DNA of 34,110 nt from a bacterium. Lineage in GTDB: Bacteria > Patescibacteriota > Microgenomatia > Levybacterales > UBA12049. Below, piece by piece: positions 16,476-25,377 of the stretch (the stretch's first letter is position 1; each line of letters begins with the position of its first letter). The DNA lies in contig JBEPUU010000001.1 in NCBI GenBank assembly GCA_041691355.1, positions 1 to 34,110 on the forward strand, written 5' to 3'. The translations under genes and the position numbers were made by a program. The notes beneath the pieces were generated by a model. That model was given only the letters and a program-made list of their open reading frames with translations. It made no database searches and was not told the origin of the DNA.

Positions 16476-18860
16476 TTAATTTTGATCAAGCTGCAAGCTG
16501 AAATAAAAGATAGAACCTTTTCCTTTTTCACTCTTTACCCACATTTTACCGTTATGTCCTTTAACAATCTCTTTTGAGATGTACAGTCCCATTCCAAGGC
16601 CGGGAAATGTCCTTTCTTCATGATCAGTTACTTGATAAAGCTTTTCAAAAATTTTTTGCTGCTTATCTTTTGCAATGCCAATACCAAAATCTTTTACAGA
16701 TACGATTGCTTGGTCATTTTTTGCTTTCGCTGTAATAACGATTTTATCACTTCTTGGAGAATATTTTATAGCATTATTTAATAAATTGGTAATAACCTGA
16801 TAAATACGAAACTTATCTCCATATACTGGTAATGAATTATTTGCAATGAACTTTAGCTCATGCTTTTTCGCAGCAGGTTGAATACTTTCTATTGTATCTT
16901 GCACTATTTTATCTAATTCAAATTTCTCCTTACGAAAGCTCAACTTTCCAGTACCGATACGCGATACATCTAGTAGATCATTAACCAAATCTCTCATTTT
17001 ATTTGTTTGATCATTTATTCTTTTTACATATGTTTGTGCTCCGCTATTTTTTTCTCCAAGATAGCTACTTAATATATCAAGAAACATTTTCATGCTTGTT
17101 ATTGGTGTTTTAAGCTCATGGGATGCCATTGAAATAAATTCATCTTTTAATTTTTCCTGCTCTTTTTGTTCAGTTATATTTCTAGCAATTGCGGAAATTC
17201 CGACTATTTTCCCTTGAGGGTCATTCAACGGTGAAACTGTCATTGAAACATCAATCTTTTTTTTATCTTTTGTAATGCGTACGGTCTCCAAACCATCCAT
17301 TTGTTCCCCACGTATTATTTTTTTAACCATTTCCTCACGTTCTTCCATCTTTTCTTGTGGAACTATAAAATCTACAATATTATGTCCAACTACTTTCTCT
17401 GCTTTAAATCCATACATCATCTCTGCACCTTTATTCCAACTCACTATTATATTATCAAGAGTACTACTCCAAATTGCATCAGAACTTGATTCAACAAGTG
17501 ATGCTAAATGAGCTAATTCGTTTTCTATTTTTTTCTTATCACTAATATCGCGAGCTATTTTTGATGCACCAATTATTTTTCCTTGACTATTTTTAATTGC
17601 GGAAATCGTAAGTGAAACAAAAATTTCTTGTCCATCTTTCCGGATGCGTACTGTTTCATAATGATCAATATGTTTCCCTTTTTTTATATTACTAATAATC
17701 GTATTTTCTTCTGGCAAAAGTTTTTTAGGAATAAGCATTCGAATAGATTTTCCTATAGCTTCTTTTGATGTATATCCAAATACTTTCTCTGCAGATTTAT
17801 TCCAACTAGTAATAGTGCCATCTAGTCTTTTACTAATAATTGCATCATCTGAAAAAGCAACGATTGCTGCTAATTGTTCTTCTGCTTCGATTGTTTTTTG
17901 CGACCGCATATAAAGTCTAGAATTTTCAATAGCTGATGCAATACGCTGTGCGACCTCCTCTGCAAAACGTAAATCATCTTTTGTATACATTCTATCTTTT
18001 CGTGCTGATGAAAAGGTAAGAGCACCAATAATCTTACCTCGTATCTTAAGTGGTACACCCATATACGAAGTCAAACCTAGTACATTAATAATTTGTTGGA
18101 GCGAATTATCTTTATTATTATATTTTTTAACTAACGCCGGAGTTACTTGTTCAAAAATTTCAGATTTCCCCTTTGACAATATATTTCCTACACCATATGT
18201 GACACCGGATCTATTTCTATATGCCTCATACAGCTTTTTTACGTAGCCAAGTTTATTTGGATCAGCGTGATACGAAACCTCTTCTGAAATAGTACCATTT
18301 TCATCAACTAATATTATGCGACTATAATCTGCAATTGAGGGCACAATACTCTTGACAACGTTTTCAATAGTGGTTTTATAGTCAATTGAAGAACTAAGTA
18401 ACTTACTCAGATTATTAATAAAAGATTGTCGATCTTCTTCTTTTTTTCTATCTGTAATGTTGCGCAAAATAGCAAGAATTGCAGGTTCACCTTGATAAAT
18501 AAAAGGCACAGCCTTTGTTTCAGCAAAAATAATCTCTCCATTCAAATCAATAAATTTTTCAACCACAAATGGAGCAACTTTCTTTTTATGTAAAATTCGT
18601 TTTATTCTTTCTTCAATAAGGGGAACTGAATCCGAATGGATAAACTCCATAACAGATTTTCCTATAATCTCGTTTTCATTTTTAGCGGATATTAATTTTT
18701 TGGCAACGGAATTTATATAAACTATTTTGCCTTTACTATGAATAATAATTGCTTCAGGAGCCAGTTCAATAAGATGCTTATAGAATACTGGATTCTCAGT
18801 AAATATATTCTCGATACCGTCAGTTTTTATAGAACGTTTAACTGTTTTTGACATCACCAC
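16476..18860 (-). CDS. soluble PAS-GAF-PAS-PAS sensor histidine kinase
   Basis: 794-aa ORF with no TM helix. H-box SHELKTPIT, N-box LLNNAIKYS, G-boxes DFGIGI and GLGMGL. There are three PAS-like blocks and one GAF-like block upstream. The start is GTG 18860 (7 nt after TGgTATAAT at 18876..18868) or ATG 18854. Confidence 0.9.
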   Translation of the reverse strand: MVMSKTVKRSIKTDGIENIFTENPVFYKHLIELAPEAIIIHSKGKIVYINSVAKKLISAKNENEIIGKSVMEFIHSDSVPLIEERIKRILHKKKVAPFVVEKFIDLNGEIIFAETKAVPFIYQGEPAILAILRNITDRKKEEDRQSFINNLSKLLSSSIDYKTTIENVVKSIVPSIADYSRIILVDENGTISEEVSYHADPNKLGYVKKLYEAYRNRSGVTYGVGNILSKGKSEIFEQVTPALVKKYNNKDNSLQQIINVLGLTSYMGVPLKIRGKIIGALTFSSARKDRMYTKDDLRFAEEVAQRIASAIENSRLYMRSQKTIEAEEQLAAIVAFSDDAIISKRLDGTITSWNKSAEKVFGYTSKEAIGKSIRMLIPKKLLPEENTIISNIKKGKHIDHYETVRIRKDGQEIFVSLTISAIKNSQGKIIGASKIARDISDKKKIENELAHLASLVESSSDAIWSSTLDNIIVSWNKGAEMMYGFKAEKVVGHNIVDFIVPQEKMEEREEMVKKIIRGEQMDGLETVRITKDKKKIDVSMTVSPLNDPQGKIVGISAIARNITEQKEQEKLKDEFISMASHELKTPITSMKMFLDILSSYLGEKNSGAQTYVKRINDQTNKMRDLVNDLLDVSRIGTGKLSFRKEKFELDKIVQDTIESIQPAAKKHELKFIANNSLPVYGDKFRIYQVITNLLNNAIKYSPRSDKIVITAKAKNDQAIVSVKDFGIGIAKDKQQKIFEKLYQVTDHEERTFPGLGMGLYISKEIVKGHNGKMWVKSEKGKGSIFYFSLQLDQN

Positions 18861-18881
18861 TTAGGATATTATACCACCAAT

Positions 18882-19418
18882 CTATTTATTCAGTTCTTTC
18901 ATTACTTTTTTCAGCAGAGGGTCTGTAATATGCATATTTGCATTTTCAAAAAACTCTGGAAGATTTTTATTTTGTTTTTCTTCATATTCTTTGGCCTGCA
19001 TAGCCATTTCTAGTTTGTCCAATTGCCAAAAAATTTTTGCCTCTTTTGTTTCTCTTGCTATCATCTCATGAAAAATAATTTTATATTTTTTATCAAATTT
19101 TTTAAACATAGTCCCTATACCTTTTTCTTCAAGCTTTTCTTTCTCCTTTTTATATTTTTCATTTACCTTCCTACCTCTTTCAACAACAAGATCTCCAGTT
19201 ATTGTTTCTCCAAGATCATGAATAATTGCCATCTTAACGAGTTTCTCCGTATCCACTTCAAGATATTCTGCCAGTACCATTGCCAAAACTACCAGACGAA
19301 AACTATGCTCGGCAACGCTCTCTGGATTGGCTATACTTTCCAATAACCAACCAGTGCGCTTTATTCTTTTTGATTTATTTACTTCCTTTGCAAATGTAAT
19401 AATATTTTTTGCATTCAT
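18882..19418 (-). CDS. HD-domain phosphohydrolase, YfbR/HDDC2-like 5'-nucleotidase family
   Basis: RTGW...ESVAEHSFRLVVLAMVLA...IIHDLGETITGD gives the H..HD..D metal site of the YfbR family. The track start is TTG 19466. I prefer ATG 19418 because TTGCAA-18-TATAAT (19454..19425) ends 6 nt before it. Confidence 0.75.
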   Translation of the reverse strand: MNAKNIITFAKEVNKSKRIKRTGWLLESIANPESVAEHSFRLVVLAMVLAEYLEVDTEKLVKMAIIHDLGETITGDLVVERGRKVNEKYKKEKEKLEEKGIGTMFKKFDKKYKIIFHEMIARETKEAKIFWQLDKLEMAMQAKEYEEKQNKNLPEFFENANMHITDPLLKKVMKELNK

Positions 19419-19579
19419 ACCGGTATTATAGACTCTTCCTACTGCATTTTGCAATTTTTTCAACAAATTATATTGTAAAATCGGTCTTATGCTCTTTCAA
19501 TACTCAAAAAGTTAGGTATAACATTATTTTTATGATGTAGCAGAATTTTTTTGTAGCAATGGAGTTAAGATTTTTATAA

Positions 19580-21040
19580 CTAATCGAAGCTTACTTGGTG
19601 GCGGACTGATGATTGAACTTCTTTTGTACTTTTTGGATGTTTCTTTTGCTTAATAACTGTAATTGCAAGAACTACTGCAAATAGCATAAAGATTACAGCA
19701 ACTAGAAATGCAGTATCATATCCAGAGACAGTTGCCTGAAGTTTGTTCATATTCACAGAGGACGCACTTACTGCAGCAGCAACTCCTGAAAGCACAGACA
19801 ACCCCAACGCTCCTCCCATTTGTTGTGACGTATTGATAAGTCCTGACGCTAGCCCTGTCTGGTTACTTTTCACTCCTGATGTAGCTGCGGCGATGATTGG
19901 CATGAAGGTCATTCCCATTCCCAGCGGCATCAATAATACTGAAGGCAAGACATTAAAAATATAATTACCATTTACAGGTAATATAGCTAATAATCCTATA
20001 CTAATAGTGATTAATGATGGTCCTATGATTAAAAAACGTTTAAAACCATATTTTGAAACGAAATGTGAAATACGAGTTGAAGTGTAACCCATGATAATTG
20101 GGAATGGTAAAAAACTTAGGCCCGTAAGCACAGGAGAATAATGTAAAACATTTTGAATATAAAGTGAGAGCAAAAAGAAATTCCCAAACATTGTTGCGGC
20201 AACAGGCGCCATCATTAAATTTGCTCCGACTACATTTCTCACTGTAAAAATCGAAAGCGGAACGAGTGGGTGTTTACTTTTCGATTCATTAAAAACAAAT
20301 GCACTCAGAAGTATTGCTGCAAGGACAAATAGACCAATTGATGGAAGACTAAAAATACCCCATAAAGGTGCTTGGCTAATAAAAAATACAAAAACTATCA
20401 AAGCGCCAGTAATTAACGTTGCTCCAGGCAAATCTAAATCATTGTGTTCTGTTTCACTTTCATGAAGTGGTACAATTTTTGAGATAGCATATGCGATAAT
20501 AATTCCTACAGGAACGTTAATGAAAAAATTCCAGCGCCATCCTAGATACTGAGTAAGTACTCCACCAAGTAAAAGACCCACTGCTGCACCACCGGTGGCA
20601 ACTGTTGACCAATATCCTAATGCTTTATTACGGTCATTTCCTTCATGAAATGTAGTAAGTACAATTGAGAGCGCGGATGGAGACATAAGGGCTGCAGCCA
20701 AACCTTGAAGTGCTCGCAAAATAATGAGTTCAATTGCAGTTTGAGAAATTCCTATCAAAAATGAAAATACGGTAAATCCAATCATCCCGATCAAAAGAGT
20801 TTTTCTTCGACCGAAAAGATCAGCAGCTCGTCCTCCTAAAAGAAGAAATCCGCCAAACGTCAATGCATATGCTGTAATAACCCATTGCAGAGAATCTGTT
20901 GAAAAATGTAGTGACTGTTTAATTGTAGGCAAAGCAACATTGGTAATGGAGATATCTAGAACTACCATAAATTGTGCTATTGCTACGAGTATAAATATAA
21001 TCCAAGATGATCGTTGCTTCATAATATTTTTAGTATTCAA
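19580..21040 (-). CDS. MFS transporter, DHA2 (EmrB/QacA-type, 14-TMS) family
   Basis: 486-aa ORF with ~14 hydrophobic helices and MFS motif A GGRAADLFGRRKTLLIG. The track start is TTG 21040; ATG 21022 is an alternative. Confidence 0.85.
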   Translation of the reverse strand: MNTKNIMKQRSSWIIFILVAIAQFMVVLDISITNVALPTIKQSLHFSTDSLQWVITAYALTFGGFLLLGGRAADLFGRRKTLLIGMIGFTVFSFLIGISQTAIELIILRALQGLAAALMSPSALSIVLTTFHEGNDRNKALGYWSTVATGGAAVGLLLGGVLTQYLGWRWNFFINVPVGIIIAYAISKIVPLHESETEHNDLDLPGATLITGALIVFVFFISQAPLWGIFSLPSIGLFVLAAILLSAFVFNESKSKHPLVPLSIFTVRNVVGANLMMAPVAATMFGNFFLLSLYIQNVLHYSPVLTGLSFLPFPIIMGYTSTRISHFVSKYGFKRFLIIGPSLITISIGLLAILPVNGNYIFNVLPSVLLMPLGMGMTFMPIIAAATSGVKSNQTGLASGLINTSQQMGGALGLSVLSGVAAAVSASSVNMNKLQATVSGYDTAFLVAVIFMLFAVVLAITVIKQKKHPKSTKEVQSSVRHQVSFD

Positions 21041-21075
21041 TCATTATATTATTAAATAGTTTAGTTTGTCAAGTA

Positions 21076-21104
21076 TTTACATTGTAAGAATTTTGGTGTA
21101 GAAT
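21076..21104 (+). promoter_or_regulatory. marR promoter with inverted repeat operator
   Basis: TTTACA (21076..21081), a 17-nt spacer, TAGAAT (21099..21104), then 6 nt to ATG 21111. The inverted repeat TTACA-T-TGTAA at 21077..21087 overlaps the -35. Confidence 0.55.
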
Positions 21105-21110
21105 AATAGT

Positions 21111-21560
21111 ATGGTAAATCCAACTTTGCAAAATAATTTATATTGGCAACTATTAAAAGTTGCTATTAATGCCAAACATGGCCTCATGAATATTGCGGAA
21201 AAACATAATTTGACAGTTATGCAGATGTATACGCTCTGTCTTTTAGAATCTGATAATTCAATTCCTATGAATTTACTTTCTTCTATGCTTAACTGTGACG
21301 CATCAAACGTCACAGGACTTGTAGATAAATTATTTCATCATAAATATATTAAGAGAGAAGAAAATCCACATGACCGCCGCGCAAAAATGATTACTCTTAC
21401 ACCCAAAGGAGCCAAACTTTGTGAAAAAATTGTTCTTGCTCTTGCATCGTATCAACCTACAAGTGTCAGCGAACTTACAGATTCTGAAAAACAGGAACTT
21501 CTTAATCTTCTAAGTAAAATCTCATTGCCATCAACAATTTCCTCATCGCAAACTAAATAA
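21111..21560 (+). CDS. MarR-family transcriptional regulator
   Basis: 149-aa ORF. The winged-helix region is NVTGLVDKLFHHKYIKREENPHDRRAKMITLTPKG. It is divergent from the MFS gene. Confidence 0.85.
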   Translation: MVNPTLQNNLYWQLLKVAINAKHGLMNIAEKHNLTVMQMYTLCLLESDNSIPMNLLSSMLNCDASNVTGLVDKLFHHKYIKREENPHDRRAKMITLTPKGAKLCEKIVLALASYQPTSVSELTDSEKQELLNLLSKISLPSTISSSQTK

Positions 21561-21573
21561 TAGACCTCTAATC

Positions 21574-22623
21574 TCATTTCAAGTACTTATTAAAGAACGT
21601 TACTGTTGATGCCATAACAGAAGCTGTATCTGGAGCAAAATTGTGATCTGCTCCAGAATAAACATGATAGTCTACGGCTTTACCAGCATTTTGTAAGGAA
21701 TCGCGTAAGGATAGTGAAAAATCAGTCGGAACTTCTTCATCAGCACTTCCAACTTGAATTTGCACAGGTATATTTATGAAATTAAGAAATTTTGTCGAAT
21801 CAACTGCATTCCAATATGTCGGATTAGTACTTGGAGTCCCATTATCTTTCATCATTTGCTCAACAACTTGTGATGTATCCAAATCGTTCCCAACTATACT
21901 ATGCGCAGCAATACGATTCCTCCACCATTGAAGAATTGAGGATTCATCTCCTATGACACCTGCATCAAGTGTGGCGGCTTTAAAGTCATGGGTTATCACA
22001 AGTTCATGTAATGTGATATTGCCTCCCATTGAATGCCCGAAAACTCCGATATTGTTGCGATTGGCATCTTTATAATTTTTGATTGATGCCAGTGCATTCA
22101 TACTATCTGTGACATATGCGGGTGAGATATATGACTGCATTGGTGTCCCTTCAGAGTTATCATTACCTCGATAATCAGGAGCAAAAACAATATAACCTGC
22201 CGCTGCCAGCGGATTAATCATCACAGCATAACTACTCGCCGTTGAATAGGATGCAGGCGGAATATACCCATGATTAAAAAGAATTACTGGCCAACCATTT
22301 TTTGGTTTGGGACCATCTGGGACAGTAAGAAGTCCGTAAATTTTCAATCCTTCAGATTGATATGAAACAACATATCGATTATAAGTTGAAGTTGAAGTTA
22401 ATGTCTGTTCAATAATAAGAGAGCTTCCAGTATATGATTTCTGCCGCATATTTAAAATTGCTAAGGGTGATGAAATTATTTGAGGCTTTGAAGTTGCTAT
22501 CGGTCGGATTTTTGTAACCTGCGTAGAAACTGCATGAGGCGTCGAAGTATGCTTCAGAGTTGTATAGCCAACTCCCCCGATCAGAAGAACCAAAACGAGA
22601 AACATGAGGATTATATTTGCCAT
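21574..22623 (-). CDS. membrane-anchored alpha/beta hydrolase (S9/dienelactone hydrolase-like)
   Basis: 349-aa ORF with an N-terminal TM (ILMFLVLVLLIGGVGY), the nucleophile elbow GHSMGG, and later GSADEEVP and GADHNF. TATAAT at 22636..22631 lies 7 nt before the ATG. Confidence 0.8.
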   Translation of the reverse strand: MANIILMFLVLVLLIGGVGYTTLKHTSTPHAVSTQVTKIRPIATSKPQIISSPLAILNMRQKSYTGSSLIIEQTLTSTSTYNRYVVSYQSEGLKIYGLLTVPDGPKPKNGWPVILFNHGYIPPASYSTASSYAVMINPLAAAGYIVFAPDYRGNDNSEGTPMQSYISPAYVTDSMNALASIKNYKDANRNNIGVFGHSMGGNITLHELVITHDFKAATLDAGVIGDESSILQWWRNRIAAHSIVGNDLDTSQVVEQMMKDNGTPSTNPTYWNAVDSTKFLNFINIPVQIQVGSADEEVPTDFSLSLRDSLQNAGKAVDYHVYSGADHNFAPDTASVMASTVTFFNKYLK

Positions 22624-22663
22624 TGGCCTGATTATAAGCTATCAAAGGAGAAATGTAAAAACT

Positions 22664-23068
22664 CTAGTCTATTAAATTTTTTTTCTTGAGATCTTCAAAG
22701 ATGAGTTTATCAACTTCAGATGAAATGTCTTTATCTTTATACGATAAGAAACCAAACGCTTCTACTTCTGCACGTGCTTCAAATACTCCCAGGAACTCAC
22801 CTGTATAGCATGTCATTCTTACAATAGTTCCTTCCGGCTCTCCGTGAGCTTGTGCCTCAAAAATTCCATATAGTTGGATCTTTTCTCTATATAAATCAAC
22901 ATTTAGTTCTTCTCGAACTTCACGAACAAGTGCTTGTTGATCACTCTCCCTTTCTTCTCGTTTGCCCCCTGGAATATACCATACATCCTTTCCACGACTT
23001 CGAGTTGAGAGAATTTTACGATTTTTAATATAAATCCAAGCGAGTTTGTCGATAAATTGCTTTTCCAT
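22664..23068 (-). CDS. Nudix hydrolase
   Basis: The Nudix box GGKREERESDQQALVREVREELNV fits GX5EX7REVXEE. The track start 23116 overlaps the upstream gene. ATG 23068 lies 1 nt after the receiver gene stop (TAAtATG) and is preferred. Confidence 0.8.
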   Translation of the reverse strand: MEKQFIDKLAWIYIKNRKILSTRSRGKDVWYIPGGKREERESDQQALVREVREELNVDLYREKIQLYGIFEAQAHGEPEGTIVRMTCYTGEFLGVFEARAEVEAFGFLSYKDKDISSEVDKLIFEDLKKKNLID

Positions 23069-23069
23069 A

Positions 23070-23489
23070 TTAAGACATGTTGAGGACTTCTTTAACTTTG
23101 GTGACAATTGCTTCAAGAGTAACGTTTGACTTAATTAAATAATACGCCGGCTTTTGATCAAGGATACTTCGAATTGTTGCATCTGCTTCAGGATTAAGAT
23201 TGGTTAAAATAATTACAGGCACATCATGTCCCCATACATCACTTCTCAATGTTTCAAGCATTGTAAGACCGTCCATTTTTGGCATAAAAATATCAAGAAG
23301 TATGAGATCTGGATGTTCTTTAAGTGCAATTTCCAAACCATCTTTACCGTTATCCGATGTCAGTATTGAAAATTTATGCTGAGACAATGTAGCTACGATT
23401 GCCTCACGCATTGGAGGTTCATCTTCAATTACCAATATTTTTTTTCCATTAGTCTCTTCCATATCATTGAGTATATACTGAGCAATCAT
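23070..23489 (-). CDS. single-domain response regulator (receiver only)
   Basis: KILVIEDE, DLILLDIFMP and VIILTN define a REC domain with no output domain. The alternative start ATG 23462 (MEETNGKKILVIEDE) lies 7 nt after TATACT (23475..23470). Confidence 0.85.
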   Translation of the reverse strand: MIAQYILNDMEETNGKKILVIEDEPPMREAIVATLSQHKFSILTSDNGKDGLEIALKEHPDLILLDIFMPKMDGLTMLETLRSDVWGHDVPVIILTNLNPEADATIRSILDQKPAYYLIKSNVTLEAIVTKVKEVLNMS

Positions 23490-23505
23490 CTGAATGCAAG
23501 ATATA

Positions 23506-25035
23506 TTATGTCGTTAAGAGTGTTCCTTTGTTCGATGAAACAAAAGGAAGCGCTATATTAAATGTCGTTCCCTTATTCTCTTCAGATGTAAACCAAATCT
23601 CTCCACCATTCAACTCAAGAATGAGTTTAATAATAAAGAGTCCAAGACCTGTGCCGCCCATAACTTTTGCTTTAGCATTGGTAGCTCGAAACATTTTGGT
23701 AAAGATTTTTTCCTGTTCGCTTTTTGGAATACCATATCCAGTATCAGCAATCGAGAGCAAAAATGTATTTGTATGTGATGGATCAACAGAAATAGTCATC
23801 GTTATTGTGCCTTCAGGGGGAGTATAACTGATCGCATTTGAAATTAGTTCATGGAAAATTGTTTTAAGAAGAAAAAGATCAGTCACAATTTCGGGAAGAT
23901 CTCCTGAATAGACTTCTTTAAAGCTAATTTTTTGTTCAGCAATTTTGTGATCGTAATCCTCCAAAACTCGCTTTGCAATTTTAGGAAGTGACAAACTTTC
24001 AGGTTTGAAAGGCATACGCCCAAGCTCAAGTTCTGAAACCGTCAGAATATCATTTGTAAGACGCACTGTCCTTTTACTTGCGTTATATAATTCCTGAATA
24101 TATTTTTTTTGAGTATCACTTAGTCCTTCAGACTGAGATTGAAGTAGCATCTCTGCATGCCAATTTATTGTAGTTAGTGGTCCTCTCATTTGATGCGAAG
24201 CAACCGATAGAAATTGTGTCTTTACTTGATCAAGCTCTTTTTCACGTGTAATATCATGCATTGTTCCTACCATACGAATAGGTTGGTGGTTGTCGTCATA
24301 GAATGTTTTATTTCGACTGTGAAACCATCTAATTTTATTGTCCTCAGGATCGACAAAACGAAAATCTAGTACACCTGAACCATCGGCAATGGACTGAGTA
24401 ATAAAATTTTTTACTTTTTCTTTATCTTCTTCATGCACATGTGCAAGCAGAACCTCTTGATTTACGGGAATAGATTGTGGTTCCAATGCAAATAACTGAT
24501 ACATCTCATCTGTCCAATGAAATTTATCCGAGGAGATATCCCATTCCCAACTTCCAAAATGTGCAATTTGCTGCGCTTCCGCGAGCTGTTTTTGTGCTTC
24601 CTTTACTTGTTCAAGTTCTGATAGGTGTGGTGTGATATCATGAACAACCACCACAATTTCCTTTGGGGCTCCCTGACTATCACTAAAAAGAGATGCACTC
24701 GCAGAAATCCGAAGAAATGATCCATCTTTTTTAACTCCGTTGCATTGTAAACCCGTTATACTTTTTCCTTGGAGAACTTCATGGAATGCAGTCTGAACAT
24801 TTTGCTTATCTTGATCAGCAATCAGATCAAAACCCAACTTACCAATAATCTCCTGCTCGCTTTCCCAGCCAAACATCGTGAGCGTTTGTTTATCAATTCT
24901 GGTAATAATCGCATTGGTATCAAAGACAAGAATTGCTTCAGGGAACAGAATAACTGTTTTTTGATAATTTAGATTAAGTACCTGAGGAGTATCACTCATA
25001 AATGCTTGATATAATAAGCATATGATATATTGCAA
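23506..25035 (-). CDS. soluble PAS-PAS sensor histidine kinase
   Basis: 509-aa ORF with no TM helix. H-box SHQMRGPLT, N-box ISNAISYT, G-boxes DTGYGI and GTGLGL, and two PAS-like blocks. The track start is TTG 25035; ATG 24999 (MSDTPQ) is an alternative. Confidence 0.9.
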   Translation of the reverse strand: MQYIICLLYQAFMSDTPQVLNLNYQKTVILFPEAILVFDTNAIITRIDKQTLTMFGWESEQEIIGKLGFDLIADQDKQNVQTAFHEVLQGKSITGLQCNGVKKDGSFLRISASASLFSDSQGAPKEIVVVVHDITPHLSELEQVKEAQKQLAEAQQIAHFGSWEWDISSDKFHWTDEMYQLFALEPQSIPVNQEVLLAHVHEEDKEKVKNFITQSIADGSGVLDFRFVDPEDNKIRWFHSRNKTFYDDNHQPIRMVGTMHDITREKELDQVKTQFLSVASHQMRGPLTTINWHAEMLLQSQSEGLSDTQKKYIQELYNASKRTVRLTNDILTVSELELGRMPFKPESLSLPKIAKRVLEDYDHKIAEQKISFKEVYSGDLPEIVTDLFLLKTIFHELISNAISYTPPEGTITMTISVDPSHTNTFLLSIADTGYGIPKSEQEKIFTKMFRATNAKAKVMGGTGLGLFIIKLILELNGGEIWFTSEENKGTTFNIALPFVSSNKGTLLTT

Positions 25036-25072
25036 AATGATTCAAGAGGAAAAACATTAAACTGAGACATTC

Positions 25073-25102
25073 TTGACAAAATGTATATTTAAATGTACAT
25101 TT
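25073..25102 (+). promoter_or_regulatory. promoter and operator of toxin-antitoxin locus 2
   Basis: TTGACA (25073..25078), a 17-nt spacer, TACATT (25096..25101), then 6 nt to ATG 25108. The spacer holds the tandem 12-mers AAATGTATATTT (25079..25090) and AAATGTACATTT (25091..25102); the second is a perfect palindrome. Confidence 0.65.
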
Positions 25103-25107
25103 ACTAT

Positions 25108-25377
25108 ATGGACTATATTACGACGACTGATTTACGAACAAAATCATCACTGCTTATTAAAACTCTTAAAAAAGGTACAAAAGTATCCTTGGTTCATCGC
25201 TCAAAAGTAGTGGGAGTAATTTCACCCAAAGAAGAAACAATAACATTTACCAAAGAAAGTATTAAGAAATTGAAAGAACTTGCAAAAAAACAAAAACTTC
25301 CTGATCTTTCTTATGAAGAAAGAGATCGAATTTATCGAAAACAATTAGAAAAAAAATATGGCAAAGGTATTTCTTGA
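25108..25377 (+). CDS. Phd/YefM-type antitoxin (paralog of 10269..10547)
   Basis: MDYITTTDLRTKSSLLIKTLKKGTKVSLV aligns with the N-terminus of antitoxin 1 ([ST]-[ED]-L-R, then KGT.V). The track start 25093 lies inside the promoter, and ATG 25108 fits the -10 geometry. It overlaps the toxin gene by 20 nt. Confidence 0.7.
   Translation: MDYITTTDLRTKSSLLIKTLKKGTKVSLVHRSKVVGVISPKEETITFTKESIKKLKELAKKQKLPDLSYEERDRIYRKQLEKKYGKGIS

Noticed and set aside
19023-19346. 107-aa Phe/Lys-rich ORF on the plus strand inside the HD gene
   Set aside because: It is antisense to a gene with a clear HD motif, and its product is low complexity.
22644-22658. AAAGGAG-aa-ATG-TAA start-stop mini-ORF on the plus strand
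   Set aside because: It lies between two minus-strand genes with no plus-strand promoter nearby. Most likely it is a chance match overlapping the minus-strand -10 region.
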